Source: Candidatus Daviesbacteria bacterium RIFCSPLOWO2_01_FULL_37_10
GTDB lineage: Bacteria > Patescibacteriota > Microgenomatia > Daviesbacterales > UBA10151
Direction: 5' to 3'
Length of the DNA stretch: 57,758 nt
Assembly: GCA_001776865.1 (NCBI GenBank)
Contig: MFDK01000036.1
Coordinates: forward strand, 3,942 to 61,699
In this document: positions 8,964-18,024 of the stretch, piece by piece
Position numbering within the stretch: the stretch's first letter is position 1
Layout of the letters: every line of letters starts with the position of its first letter
Position numbers and translations under genes: made by a program
Notes under the pieces: model-generated
Told to the model about the DNA's origin: nothing
Seen by the model: the letters and a program-made list of their open reading frames with translations, nothing else
The model's database searches: none

Positions 8964-9520
8964 TCGAACCTTTCAGGAAATCGCTCCCGTAGTCTAGGGT
9001 TATTTTTATCTCTTTCCGATATTATTGGATTCTCAACAGGCCATTCAATATTCAAATCCGGATCATCCCATGCAATAGCAGTTGTATCAGTCCCGTCATA
9101 ATAGGAATCTACAAGGTAAAGATAATTTACATCTTTATCTCCAACTGCGCAAACAGAATTTGCCAATCCTTTTGGTATAAAAAGGGCAGCTTTATTTTCA
9201 TCCCCTAAAGTAAAGGTTTCTACTTTTCCGAATGTATCCGATTCTTCACGTAAATCCACAATCGCTGTAAACATTTTTCCACTAGTACAATAAACAATCT
9301 TATTCCAATTTTCTGCATGCAGCCCTCTTATAACACCAGGTTTAGAGAGGGAATGATTCCATTGGGCTAAATTAAACTTTTCCCCGGTCACTTTCTCTAA
9401 CTCATCTAGATGAAAAACTTCCCTGAAAAATCCTCTATCATCTTCAAAAGTAGGCCTTTCTAAAATAAGTAGTCCAGGAATCGAAGTTTTTTTTATAAAT
9501 TCATTCATTCTATCCGCCAT
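8960..9520 (-). CDS. rmlC: dTDP-4-dehydrorhamnose 3,5-epimerase
   Basis: Cupin with FEDDRGFFRE, IRGLHAE and FIPKGLANS motifs. 186 aa. Confidence 0.9.
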   Translation of the reverse strand: MADRMNEFIKKTSIPGLLILERPTFEDDRGFFREVFHLDELEKVTGEKFNLAQWNHSLSKPGVIRGLHAENWNKIVYCTSGKMFTAIVDLREESDTFGKVETFTLGDENKAALFIPKGLANSVCAVGDKDVNYLYLVDSYYDGTDTTAIAWDDPDLNIEWPVENPIISERDKNNPRLRERFPERFE

Positions 9521-10514
9521 ACCCCTTCTGTACTTCTCTATCTAGAACCGGTCTCCCTTTTTTAAGAGGCTTCCACCAGTCTTTATTTTCTTGATACCAC
9601 CTAACTACTTCTTCCAAGCTTTCATCAAAATTGTAAGTTCTCTTAAAACCTAGAGCCTCAAGCTCACTTCCATTATTTGCATATCTAAAGTCATGACCTA
9701 ATCTGTGTTCAACATATTCTATTCTATCTTCACCTAAACCTAAAACGTCAAGTATTTTCATAGTTACTTCTAAATTTCCTCTTTCTTCACCTTGTATTAA
9801 ATATGTCTCACCTAAAGTTCCTTTTTCTAAGATAAGTTCGATTGCTCTTGCATGATCTAAAACATGAAGCCACTCCCTAATATTTTCTCCCTTTCCCATT
9901 AAAGGCACTTTCTCACCATCTAAAAGATTAGTTATGAATCTGGGAATTAATTTTTCAGGATCCTGATAAAAACCATAGTTATTAGCACAATTTGAAATTG
10001 TAATTGGTAAACCGTAAGTTTTAAAATATGCTCTTACAAGATGATCTGATCCTGCTTTAGAAGCAGAGTATGGTGTACGTGGATCATACGGTGTATCAGG
10101 ATTAAAAGGTGGATCATTTACATCTAGATCCCCATATACCTCATCTGTAGAAACATGATGGAATTTTTTAACTTTTGCACCTAAAGCTGCATTTAAAAGT
10201 ACTGCAGTCCCTAAAACATTTGTTTTTACAAAAATCAGAGGATCAACAACTGATCTGTCAACGTGCGACTCAGCAGCAAAGTGGACTATAATATCAATCC
10301 CTTGCATCGCTTTTTTAACAACTTCCTCATCACAAATATCACCTTTTATAAATTGGTAATTAGGATTGCCTTCTAAATTCTTAAGGCTTTCCATATGACC
10401 TGCATAAGTTAACTTATCCAGATTAACTATTTTGTCGTCTGGATGATTTTTCAGCCAGTAATGTATAAAATTAGAACCAATAAAACCAGCACCGCCAGTT
10501 ACCAATAGTTTCAT
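9510..10514 (-). CDS. rmlB: dTDP-glucose 4,6-dehydratase
   Basis: LVTGGAGFIGSNF, HVSTDEVYG, YSASKAGSDHLV and REWLHVLDH motifs. Confidence 0.93.
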   Translation of the reverse strand: MKLLVTGGAGFIGSNFIHYWLKNHPDDKIVNLDKLTYAGHMESLKNLEGNPNYQFIKGDICDEEVVKKAMQGIDIIVHFAAESHVDRSVVDPLIFVKTNVLGTAVLLNAALGAKVKKFHHVSTDEVYGDLDVNDPPFNPDTPYDPRTPYSASKAGSDHLVRAYFKTYGLPITISNCANNYGFYQDPEKLIPRFITNLLDGEKVPLMGKGENIREWLHVLDHARAIELILEKGTLGETYLIQGEERGNLEVTMKILDVLGLGEDRIEYVEHRLGHDFRYANNGSELEALGFKRTYNFDESLEEVVRWYQENKDWWKPLKKGRPVLDREVQKGYGG

Positions 10515-10528
10515 GATTTTCTTTCAAC

Positions 10529-10615
10529 GTCATGTAGTCGAGCGAAGATCTAGATTTTTTATGTTCTCAGAGCGAAGCGATTTTGAGAACTAAAAAATCC
10601 GATCGAGCGAGACAC
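10529..10615. repeat. Dispersed palindromic element, copy 1 (between rmlA and rmlB)
   Basis: Nested inverted repeats: gatttttt/aaaaaatc flank gttctca-N14-tgagaac. Outer arms are gtagtcgagcgaagatc / gatcgagcgagac. Confidence 0.6.
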
Positions 10616-10617
10616 AT

Positions 10618-11337
10618 TTATCCTTTCTTTTTGGACCAAAAAATATTTGCTTCCAAAAGAGTTTCAAAAGTCCCTGCATCTCTCCAAAATCCATCTATTG
10701 TCCTGTAACCCAAATTACCACTCCGGGCATAGTGATTATTTACATCCGTGATTTCCATCTCCCCTCTTTCTGATGGTTTATTTTCTCTGATGAAATCAAA
10801 AACTTTATTATCATAAATGTAAAGCCCAGTTACTGCAAAGTTATTTTGAGGATCTTTTGGCTTTTCTAAAATTTCAAGAATTTTTTCGCTGCTTTCTTTA
10901 TCAAAGACCGGTATACCAAAACGCTCCGGATCAGGAACTTCTTTCAAAAAAACCATTGCACCCTCTTTAAAATTTGCAACGTCAGAAGATATATCAAAAT
11001 CCGTTGTATTGTCTCCTAAAATTACCGCGATATTACCATTGTCAGCAAAATCTTCAGCCAACCTTAAAGCATCTGCTATACCGCCTTCGTTTTCCTGATA
11101 TGCATATTCTAAATGCTTTATTTTAAGTTCATTTCCATTTTTTAAAACCCCGAGGAAATCGCCACAGTGAGGTCCTCCTGTAACTACCATGATTTCATCA
11201 ATACCAGCTCTAACCAGAGTATTAATCGGATAAAATATCATTGGTTTATCAAAGATTGGAAGTAAATGCTTATTGGTTACTTTCGTTAACGGGTAAAGTC
11301 TTGTTCCAAGACCCCCGGCTAAAATTACACCTTTCAC
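10618..11337 (-). CDS. rmlA: Glucose-1-phosphate thymidylyltransferase (short form)
   Basis: MKGVILAGGLGTRLYPLT and KHLLPIFDKPMIFYPI. 239 aa nucleotidyltransferase heading the rml cluster. Confidence 0.9.
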   Translation of the reverse strand: MKGVILAGGLGTRLYPLTKVTNKHLLPIFDKPMIFYPINTLVRAGIDEIMVVTGGPHCGDFLGVLKNGNELKIKHLEYAYQENEGGIADALRLAEDFADNGNIAVILGDNTTDFDISSDVANFKEGAMVFLKEVPDPERFGIPVFDKESSEKILEILEKPKDPQNNFAVTGLYIYDNKVFDFIRENKPSERGEMEITDVNNHYARSGNLGYRTIDGFWRDAGTFETLLEANIFWSKKKG

Positions 11338-11445
11338 GTTTTTAATTCCTCCTTAAATAATATACTCATAAGTATTAAAAAGGCAAGATTCTGCAAGTGT
11401 GTTGTATAATTTCCAATACAACAGCGCGAAACAGGTCCTTATAAT

Positions 11446-11703
11446 TTAAAGTAATACTCCGTATAAAATAACTAGTGCTAGCAGAGCAGTTAAGATATAT
11501 TCTATCATAACTTCAAGCTTTAAACTTTTATCAAAATGGTGAAAAGCTGTTGCCCAGAGAAGGTAAAAAGCAACAAGGAAAGTAAGTATAGTATATTGTA
11601 CTATAGGGATACCCTGAAATTTAAAAACTAAAATTAAAGCAATAAATGCTGCAGCAATTACTATTAAAAAATTATGTTTGTGCAGTTTAAGGAACAATTT
11701 CAT
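11446..11703 (-). CDS. Small membrane protein (85 aa, 3 hydrophobic helices)
   Basis: ORF overlaps the upstream CAP-domain gene by 17 nt. Composition is strongly hydrophobic. Confidence 0.45.
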   Translation of the reverse strand: MKLFLKLHKHNFLIVIAAAFIALILVFKFQGIPIVQYTILTFLVAFYLLWATAFHHFDKSLKLEVMIEYILTALLALVILYGVLL

Positions 11704-12607
11704 ATATAAAAGTTAAACCAGATCCAACCTGGCCTGGATCAGCTGAGGTTATAGCTGCCGCTGCGACTCCAAGAATTGCCATATGTGCGAAATGAGAAGA
11801 TGAAAATCTAAATACACCTCTCCTTCGAAGAATTATGAAATCTATAAGAAGCAGGGCTGAAACGAAGATAATAATTCCCATTCCCAAGAATTGATTAACC
11901 TTAAAAGGATTAACAACCGGCTCTGCGGAAGTTTGCGCTTTTGCAACCTCCGGCAGAATTAAAATCTCACGGTTATTCACATCTTCCTTTGGAATTTCTA
12001 TTAGCGAAGGAACTTCTGCTTTAGCTAATTGTTTTGGCTTAGCCGTCAGTATAGAAGTCGTTCCAAACATTTGGACAACAAGTGTTGTTTTTTGACCGTT
12101 TATTACCCCGTCCTCTATTGCAATTCCAATATCTTTATACTTTGAGTTCATGATATTTTCTTTATGGGAAGGGGAGTTCATCCAGGCCGTTACCACATCT
12201 TCCGGACTGGAAAAATTTTTGGCTAAATTTTCACCTGCTAAAGAAAACTTGTATCCTGAACCCAGAATAAAATCCCAGGGTGTTTTTCCTGAAGGGGCAA
12301 AGTGTGCCCAATATCCTTCTTCAAACATATTATACGCTTTAGAGATTGCTGCACTGTCTAAAGAAGGGTTTTCTGATAAAGGAGAAAGTCCTAACTTTCC
12401 CCTTTCTATATTTGTAAGTTCTATTACTTTCTCTTTTGTAATATTCGAAGAAGTTCCCAGAATCCCCGGATTTGTAATACTTAAACTTGTAAAAACGCTC
12501 TGCAAAGCTGCAAAAAAAATTATATAAGCTGCAAGAGCCCTCCAGGATATAAGATGAGCTTTTTGATGAGTATCACGATGCGGAATAAACCAGTGATGAA
12601 AGGTCAT
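11687..12607 (-). CDS. CAP/SCP (YkwD-like) domain protein with N- and C-terminal TM segments
   Basis: The stretch ...YNMFEEGYWAHFAPSGKTPWDF...AGENLAKNF...AWMNSPSHKENIM... is typical of the CAP/SCP-PR1 family. Confidence 0.8.
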   Translation of the reverse strand: MTFHHWFIPHRDTHQKAHLISWRALAAYIIFFAALQSVFTSLSITNPGILGTSSNITKEKVIELTNIERGKLGLSPLSENPSLDSAAISKAYNMFEEGYWAHFAPSGKTPWDFILGSGYKFSLAGENLAKNFSSPEDVVTAWMNSPSHKENIMNSKYKDIGIAIEDGVINGQKTTLVVQMFGTTSILTAKPKQLAKAEVPSLIEIPKEDVNNREILILPEVAKAQTSAEPVVNPFKVNQFLGMGIIIFVSALLLIDFIILRRRGVFRFSSSHFAHMAILGVAAAAITSADPGQVGSGLTFIYEIVP

Positions 12608-12614
12608 ATAAAAT

Positions 12615-12708
12615 TGTCATTCTGAACGCAGTGAAGAATCTCTGACTTTATGTCAGTTACATCTCAAACAAGTTGAGAGATCCTTCGGGCTTCGCCCTCA
12701 GGATGACA
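12615..12708. repeat. Dispersed palindromic element, copy 2 (between tsaB fragment and CAP gene)
   Basis: Arms are tgtcattctgaacgcagtgaagaatctc and gagatccttcgggcttcgccctcaggatgaca. Two small inner hairpins are present (ctgac..gtcag, tctcaa..ttgaga). Confidence 0.7.
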
Positions 12709-12722
12709 GTTTTAGTATATCA

Positions 12723-13025
12723 TTAATATTGCATCTCTGTTTCTATATTTTTCCCGTTAACAGGAATTCCGAGTGTATACCCCAAAGCATTTGCCACAGA
12801 AACCCCAACTCTTATACCTGTAAAACTCCCAGGTCCGGTTTCCACTTCTAATCCGTCTATATCCTTATACTCCATCTTATTTTTCTTTAAAATTTTTTCA
12901 ATCAAAGGCAGCAAAACCTGTGATCCATATTCATTCTTAGCATCCAAAGAATCCACAATCTTTCCATCCTTTTTCAGAGAAACCACCACCTGTCTCTGAT
13001 CTTTGGTATTAATATGAAGAATCAT
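12723..13025 (-). CDS. tsaB: TsaB-like protein, N-terminal half only (100 aa)
   Basis: GPGSFTGIRVGVSVANALGYTLGIPV is the TsaB/YeaZ signature. The protein stops after ~100 aa, where TsaB is normally ~200-230 aa. Confidence 0.7.
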   Translation of the reverse strand: MILHINTKDQRQVVVSLKKDGKIVDSLDAKNEYGSQVLLPLIEKILKKNKMEYKDIDGLEVETGPGSFTGIRVGVSVANALGYTLGIPVNGKNIETEMQY

Positions 13026-13101
13026 AAATGTACTTTATCAAATTCAAGATTTAATATAAACACTCAACCACAAGGCAAAAATCACTAATACACCCTATAA
13101 C

Positions 13102-13130
13102 TTGAATTTTTAGGCTGAAAGTTGTATAAT
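13102..13130 (+). promoter_or_regulatory. Sigma70-like promoter TTGAAT-17-TATAAT for the efflux operon
   Basis: -35 at 13102-13107 and -10 at 13125-13130. The candidate start GTG 13137 lies 6 nt downstream. Confidence 0.5.
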
Positions 13131-14195
13131 TTGACCGTGAAATTATTACCTGTTAAATTACCCATAAAAATTACCAGAAAAAGATTTGTTATCGGTCTTG
13201 TATTCTTAGTCGTAATTTTTGGTATTTTTATTTTCAACCAAAGAACTAAACAAAAACCTCTTGAATATACAGAGGTTAAACGACAGACTATAGTATCTTC
13301 CATTTCAGCTTCAGGTGTATTAGCAGGAAAGGAAACTGCAAATTTAAGATTTAAAAGCCCTGGAAAACTTGCTTACATAAATGTCAAAGCCGGAGATAAA
13401 GTCTTTACCGGGCAAACTTTAGCATCTTTGGATACGACCGACCTCTCGATTACCTTGCAACAGACAGAAAATAATCTTAAAGATAAACAAACAACTCTGG
13501 ATAAAATATACGACGATATTCATCTTTTTCAATACGGAAACATGGGGACAAACGGAGAAACTGAAGCTCAGAGAGCATTAAGAACTACAGCGGAAGTTGC
13601 ACGGGATAATACTTATGACACCGTCAGAGCTGCAAGAGAGGCTTTATTAAATGCTTCTATATTTTCACCAATTTCCGGGATAGTCACCAGAACCGACATT
13701 ACTGCCGGGCAGGTTGTTTCTACCACAGATTTAATAACCCAGGTTGTTGATATTTCCGAACTTTATTTTGATGCCGAGGTTGATGAGTCTGATATTTCAA
13801 AAATCTCCTTAGGTCAAAAAGCAAGAGTAACTCTGAACTCATATAATGACAAAGGATTTACAGGAACTGTTTCCCAAATAAAACCTATTACAAAAACTGC
13901 CAGCTCAGGAGCAACGGTAGTTATTATCCGAATCAAATTGGATAATCCTAAAATAGACTTTATTTCAGATTTAAACGGGCAAGCTGAAATCGAAATAAAT
14001 CATTCAGAAAATGCTTTATCAATCCCCCAGGATGCCTTAGTATATGAAAAGTATGTTTACACACAAAACGGAAAAGGGGTTAAAAAAGTTGAGGTTAAAA
14101 CAGGGATAAGCAGTGATATAGATATTGAAATAAAATCAGGCCTATCAGAAAATGAAAAAGTTGTTAAAAATCCGGGAAATGTAGTTAATAAATAA
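13122..14195 (+). CDS. HlyD/MacA-type periplasmic adaptor of an ABC efflux system
   Basis: N-terminal TM, lipoyl-like VKAGDKVFTGQTLASLD, coiled-coil segment and beta-barrel C-terminus. The true start may be GTG at 13137, because TTG 13122 overlaps a TATAAT box. Confidence 0.85.
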   Translation: MYNLTVKLLPVKLPIKITRKRFVIGLVFLVVIFGIFIFNQRTKQKPLEYTEVKRQTIVSSISASGVLAGKETANLRFKSPGKLAYINVKAGDKVFTGQTLASLDTTDLSITLQQTENNLKDKQTTLDKIYDDIHLFQYGNMGTNGETEAQRALRTTAEVARDNTYDTVRAAREALLNASIFSPISGIVTRTDITAGQVVSTTDLITQVVDISELYFDAEVDESDISKISLGQKARVTLNSYNDKGFTGTVSQIKPITKTASSGATVVIIRIKLDNPKIDFISDLNGQAEIEINHSENALSIPQDALVYEKYVYTQNGKGVKKVEVKTGISSDIDIEIKSGLSENEKVVKNPGNVVNK

Positions 14196-14266
14196 CTGTC
14201 ATCCTGAACTTAAGTGAAGGACATAGTTCCATTAACTTATATTCTTCGTTTCACTCAGAATGACAG
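14196..14266. repeat. Dispersed palindromic element, copy 3 (between adaptor and ABC ATPase genes)
   Basis: Arms are ctgtcatcctgaacttaagtgaaggac and ttcttcgtttcactcagaatgacag. Confidence 0.7.
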
Positions 14267-14277
14267 TCTAAAAGACC

Positions 14278-14958
14278 ATGAAACTAGTTGTAAGTCTTAT
14301 AAATGTTAACAAACTCTATGGGGAAGGCGAAAATAAATTTTATGCCTTAAAAGATATTAGCTTAAGTATAAACCATGGCGAATTTATAGCCATTATTGGT
14401 CCTTCCGGTTCAGGTAAATCTACTTTAATGAATATAATTGGACTACTTGATAAACCAACCTCAGGAAAGTATTCTATTAACGGAAAAGAGGTCATACGGT
14501 TTGACGAAGATCGTTTGGCTAATTTGCGTAACCAAAAGATAGGTTTCATTTTTCAATCTTTTAATTTACTTCCCAGAACCTCTGCGGTTGATAATGTAGC
14601 CTTACCGCTTATTTATTCTGGAGTCAATAAAGAAAATAGAACCAGTAAGGCTAAGGAGGCACTAATTAGAGTTGGTTTAGGTGAAAAATTTAATTCAAAA
14701 CCAAACCAGCTTTCCGGCGGTCAACAACAAAGAGTAGCTATAGCCAGAGCCTTAGTTACAAATCCCCAGATTATTTTGGCAGATGAACCAACCGGAAATC
14801 TGGATACTAAAACAGGGGAAGAAATTATGAAACTCTTTACCGATCTTAATAAAGAAGGTAAGACTGTAATTTTAATTACCCATGAGCTGGAAATAGCTAA
14901 AAAAGCCAGGAGGATTATTCAACTTAGAGACGGAAAGGTTGTAAATGGAAACAATTAA
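14278..14958 (+). CDS. ABC transporter ATP-binding protein (MacB/LolD-type)
   Basis: Walker A GPSGSGKST, signature LSGGQQQRVAIARAL and Walker B ILADEPTGNLD. Confidence 0.92.
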   Translation: MKLVVSLINVNKLYGEGENKFYALKDISLSINHGEFIAIIGPSGSGKSTLMNIIGLLDKPTSGKYSINGKEVIRFDEDRLANLRNQKIGFIFQSFNLLPRTSAVDNVALPLIYSGVNKENRTSKAKEALIRVGLGEKFNSKPNQLSGGQQQRVAIARALVTNPQIILADEPTGNLDTKTGEEIMKLFTDLNKEGKTVILITHELEIAKKARRIIQLRDGKVVNGNN

Positions 14959-16129
14959 TTTAGCATTTTCATCAATTCTTAGAAACAGGCTCAGATCTTT
15001 TCTGACAATTCTTGGAATTGTTATCGGAGTTATGTCTGTTATTATCTTGGTTGGACTGGTCTCAGGACTGCGCAGTTTTATAACTGACCAAATTGCATCC
15101 CTTGGTCCGAACGTTATGTTTGTTATTCCAGGAAAAGTTGGGGGCGGGAGAGGTCCCGGAGGAATACAAACAAACAGACTTACTTTGCAGGATGCAAATA
15201 CCTTGTCTTCCAGGCTTCAGGGAGAAGCCGAAGTTTCAGCTGGAATTCAAAAAGTTACCAAGACAAAATATAAAAATAAAACTGTGAATGATACAACAGT
15301 AGTTGGAGTACAAGCTAATTACACTAAAATAATTAAGGCAATTAAAATTCAGGAAGGCAGATACTTTACAAGCTCGGAAGTTGATTCTGGAAAAAGAGTT
15401 ATAGTGATTGGTCCAACTGTAGCTGAAAAATTATATGGCACCGGCAATCCACTTGGAAAGGAACTAAAAATTGGAAACCTGAATTACACCATTATCGGAC
15501 TTATAGAAAAAAGGGGGTCAAATTTAGGTATCGATCTTGATAACTTTGCGCTTATCCCGTTAATTAGTGCCCAAAAACAATTTGGAGAAGATAAAATTCA
15601 TAACATTGTAATCGCGTCAAATGAAACCGGAAATGTTTCTGTTATTCAAGAAAAAGCTAAAAAAATTCTCTCAAAGAGATTAAGTGAGGACGATTTCACT
15701 GTACAAACTCAGGAACAAACTTTATCCACAGTATCAACAATAACCAATGTTTTAACTACTGCCTTAGGAGGAATCGCAGCAATTTCCCTACTTGTGGGAG
15801 GGATAGGAGTTATGAACATTATGTTAGTCTCAGTAACAGAGCGTACCAGGGAAATCGGGCTTAGGAAAGCTCTTGGCGCTAGACCTTCTCAAATTAGAAA
15901 CCAATTTTTGATTGAATCTATCACTTTATCAGGAATCGGCGGGGTTATCGGAATAATAATAGGAATCGGCATTTCCCTAATTTTAAATCAGTTTATAAAA
16001 ACAGTCGTGCCATTTTGGGCAATAGGTTTATCATTTGGATTCTCCATGTTAGTAGGTATAATCTTCGGAGTTGCCCCGGCCATCCGCGCAGCCAAACTAG
16101 ATCCAATTGAGGCTTTAAGGTATGAATAA
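14945..16129 (+). CDS. ABC transporter permease, MacB/FtsX-like
   Basis: TM1, a large extracytoplasmic domain, then a C-terminal FtsX-type 3-TM bundle (ERTREIGLRKALGARPSQI). 14 nt overlap with the ATPase gene. Confidence 0.9.
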   Translation: METINLAFSSILRNRLRSFLTILGIVIGVMSVIILVGLVSGLRSFITDQIASLGPNVMFVIPGKVGGGRGPGGIQTNRLTLQDANTLSSRLQGEAEVSAGIQKVTKTKYKNKTVNDTTVVGVQANYTKIIKAIKIQEGRYFTSSEVDSGKRVIVIGPTVAEKLYGTGNPLGKELKIGNLNYTIIGLIEKRGSNLGIDLDNFALIPLISAQKQFGEDKIHNIVIASNETGNVSVIQEKAKKILSKRLSEDDFTVQTQEQTLSTVSTITNVLTTALGGIAAISLLVGGIGVMNIMLVSVTERTREIGLRKALGARPSQIRNQFLIESITLSGIGGVIGIIIGIGISLILNQFIKTVVPFWAIGLSFGFSMLVGIIFGVAPAIRAAKLDPIEALRYE

Positions 16130-16144
16130 GATATAATCACAATA

Positions 16145-16855
16145 ATGATAACAGAAAAAGCTTTGACATCAGAATACGCAGCGCAGCTCCTATACCATTC
16201 TTTTAGATTTTCACAAGGAGACTTTAGAATGCAACGTAGTTTATTTAGTTATATCCACGAGCTTCATCCCTTTTGGCGAATTTATTCTGAACAGGAAGAA
16301 ATAATAAAAAATATGCTTATTAAGCCTTTTTCAATGCATACAGCTGGCTTCCGCCACATAAGAGTGGGGATAGCAGACTTAAATCGTCAGCTATCAGGAG
16401 AACTTAAATACTTTGTAGACACACTAAATGAAAACCCCAACCAGGATCAATATATATATCCTTATGAAAATGCCGCCATGGCACGAGAATTTATTTTAAG
16501 GGATTATAAATTCCTTTGTGATATATGGGGGAGAACTCGTTTACATCCAAACCCTGAAGTGTTTACAGAAGATCCTTTTGCAAGTTTTTTCCGTTATTAT
16601 ATTCTCGAGGAACAAACTACCGGCCTAGAAGAATTTGATCAAATGTTTTCAGATATTAGAGCGTTCTTTATAACTTCCGTAGGCTTAGATGATTGGGAAA
16701 TTAAAAAAGACAATTCTATCATGCCAGCACCAAAATATTATGATAAAGTGAAACCAGGTTCAGCGCTATTTTGGGTAGCACAGGTTTGGGAGGAACAACA
16801 TCCAGGCAAGCAGTACTTTGCTGAATTTTCACTTCCTGATTACAGCCTCATATAG
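16145..16855 (+). CDS. Hypothetical protein (236 aa)
   Basis: Clean ORF with TATAAT 7 nt upstream of the ATG. No motif recognised. Confidence 0.55.
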   Translation: MITEKALTSEYAAQLLYHSFRFSQGDFRMQRSLFSYIHELHPFWRIYSEQEEIIKNMLIKPFSMHTAGFRHIRVGIADLNRQLSGELKYFVDTLNENPNQDQYIYPYENAAMAREFILRDYKFLCDIWGRTRLHPNPEVFTEDPFASFFRYYILEEQTTGLEEFDQMFSDIRAFFITSVGLDDWEIKKDNSIMPAPKYYDKVKPGSALFWVAQVWEEQHPGKQYFAEFSLPDYSLI

Positions 16856-16910
16856 CCATGTCCGCCCGAGGGGTAGAATTACGATGCCACCTGCGGATTG
16901 TTCTTTATCT

Positions 16911-16960
16911 GGTAATATTAGGCAATATTTGGTAATATTTGGAAGTATATGGTAATTCCT
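16911..16960 (+). repeat. Five tandem degenerate 10-mers (GGTAATATTA GGCAATATTT GGTAATATTT GGAAGTATAT GGTAATTCCT) running into the fic start
   Basis: Exact 10 nt phasing of the GG dinucleotide is visible directly in the sequence. The ATG at 16949 lies in unit 4/5. Confidence 0.7.
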
Positions 16961-17935
16961 CCAAAATATCACCTTACTCCTAAAATAACTCAACTTTTAC
17001 AGCAAATAGAAATAGCAAAAGAAGTCATAAACGCCATTTCTATACCACCAGAGATTGAGATAAATATAAGAAGACAGTCTACTTTAAAAAGTTCACTTTT
17101 CTCTGCTCGCATTGAAGGGAATCCCTTAACCATGAATTCTCTTTCCAATTCTTCCCCTCAAACTACGCAAAAACAAGAAGTCTTGAATATTCTAAAAGCC
17201 TTAAATCATATAAACCAGGAAAAAATCAAAAAAATATCAGTTAAATATATTTTAGATCTGCATAAAATGGTTTTAGGGGGGTTAACTTCAAAACTAGATA
17301 TAGGTCAATTTAGAACAGAACCTGGTGCAATTTTTAACGCAACTGGTCAAGTAGTTTACCTCCCTCCTCGACCCTCTCAAATCCTTTCCTTCCTAGATAT
17401 ACTTATTTCATATATTAATTCACCTCGCGATCAATTTATTCCCGTTAAAGCTTCTTTAATACACTATACTTTTGAGAAAATTCATCCTTTTTTAGATGGT
17501 AATGGCAGAGTTGGCAGGCTTTTACTCCAAGCTATATTGGCCCAGGATGGATATGGAATGAAAGGGATTTTCCCTTTGGAAGAATACCTGGATAACCACA
17601 GGGCAAAGTATTATTTGGCACTAGAGTCTAACGAGAAAGATGTAACAGAATATGTTGAATTTATGTTGGAAGCTATGGCAGAAACTGCAAATCTTGTAAA
17701 AAATCAGATTTTAAATAGTAAGAAACCTAGTCCTCAAGATTTCCTTTTACCTAGAAGATCAGAAATTTTAAATATTATAAAAGATCAAGAATTAGTTAAC
17801 TTTAACCAAATCAGAAGAAGATTTTTAGCTGTTAACGAAAGAACTCTTCGGTTTGACTTAAAAAAATTAGCTGATGCAGGCTTGATAAGTAAACTTGGAA
17901 CTACCAAAGGAGTATTTTATAAATCAAATAATTAG
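16949..17935 (+). CDS. Fic-family protein (AMPylase-type) with intrinsic inhibitory motif and C-terminal wHTH
   Basis: Core motif HPFLDGNGRVGRLL (HxFxDGNGRxxR). N-terminal SARIEG matches the (S/T)xxxE(G/N) auto-inhibition motif. Confidence 0.9.
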   Translation: MVIPPKYHLTPKITQLLQQIEIAKEVINAISIPPEIEINIRRQSTLKSSLFSARIEGNPLTMNSLSNSSPQTTQKQEVLNILKALNHINQEKIKKISVKYILDLHKMVLGGLTSKLDIGQFRTEPGAIFNATGQVVYLPPRPSQILSFLDILISYINSPRDQFIPVKASLIHYTFEKIHPFLDGNGRVGRLLLQAILAQDGYGMKGIFPLEEYLDNHRAKYYLALESNEKDVTEYVEFMLEAMAETANLVKNQILNSKKPSPQDFLLPRRSEILNIIKDQELVNFNQIRRRFLAVNERTLRFDLKKLADAGLISKLGTTKGVFYKSNN

Positions 17936-18024
17936 AACCACCCACTTCAACCCAATCCAGGCATTAAGATATGAATAAATTGTATTATTGCTTTTATTTT
18001 CAATAATATATATAATCCCTACAA

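Noticed and set aside
16911-16960. Tandem repeats considered as a possible CRISPR-like array
   Set aside because: The units are only 10 nt, contiguous and without spacers. No cas genes are nearby, and no CRISPR array was seen anywhere in the window.
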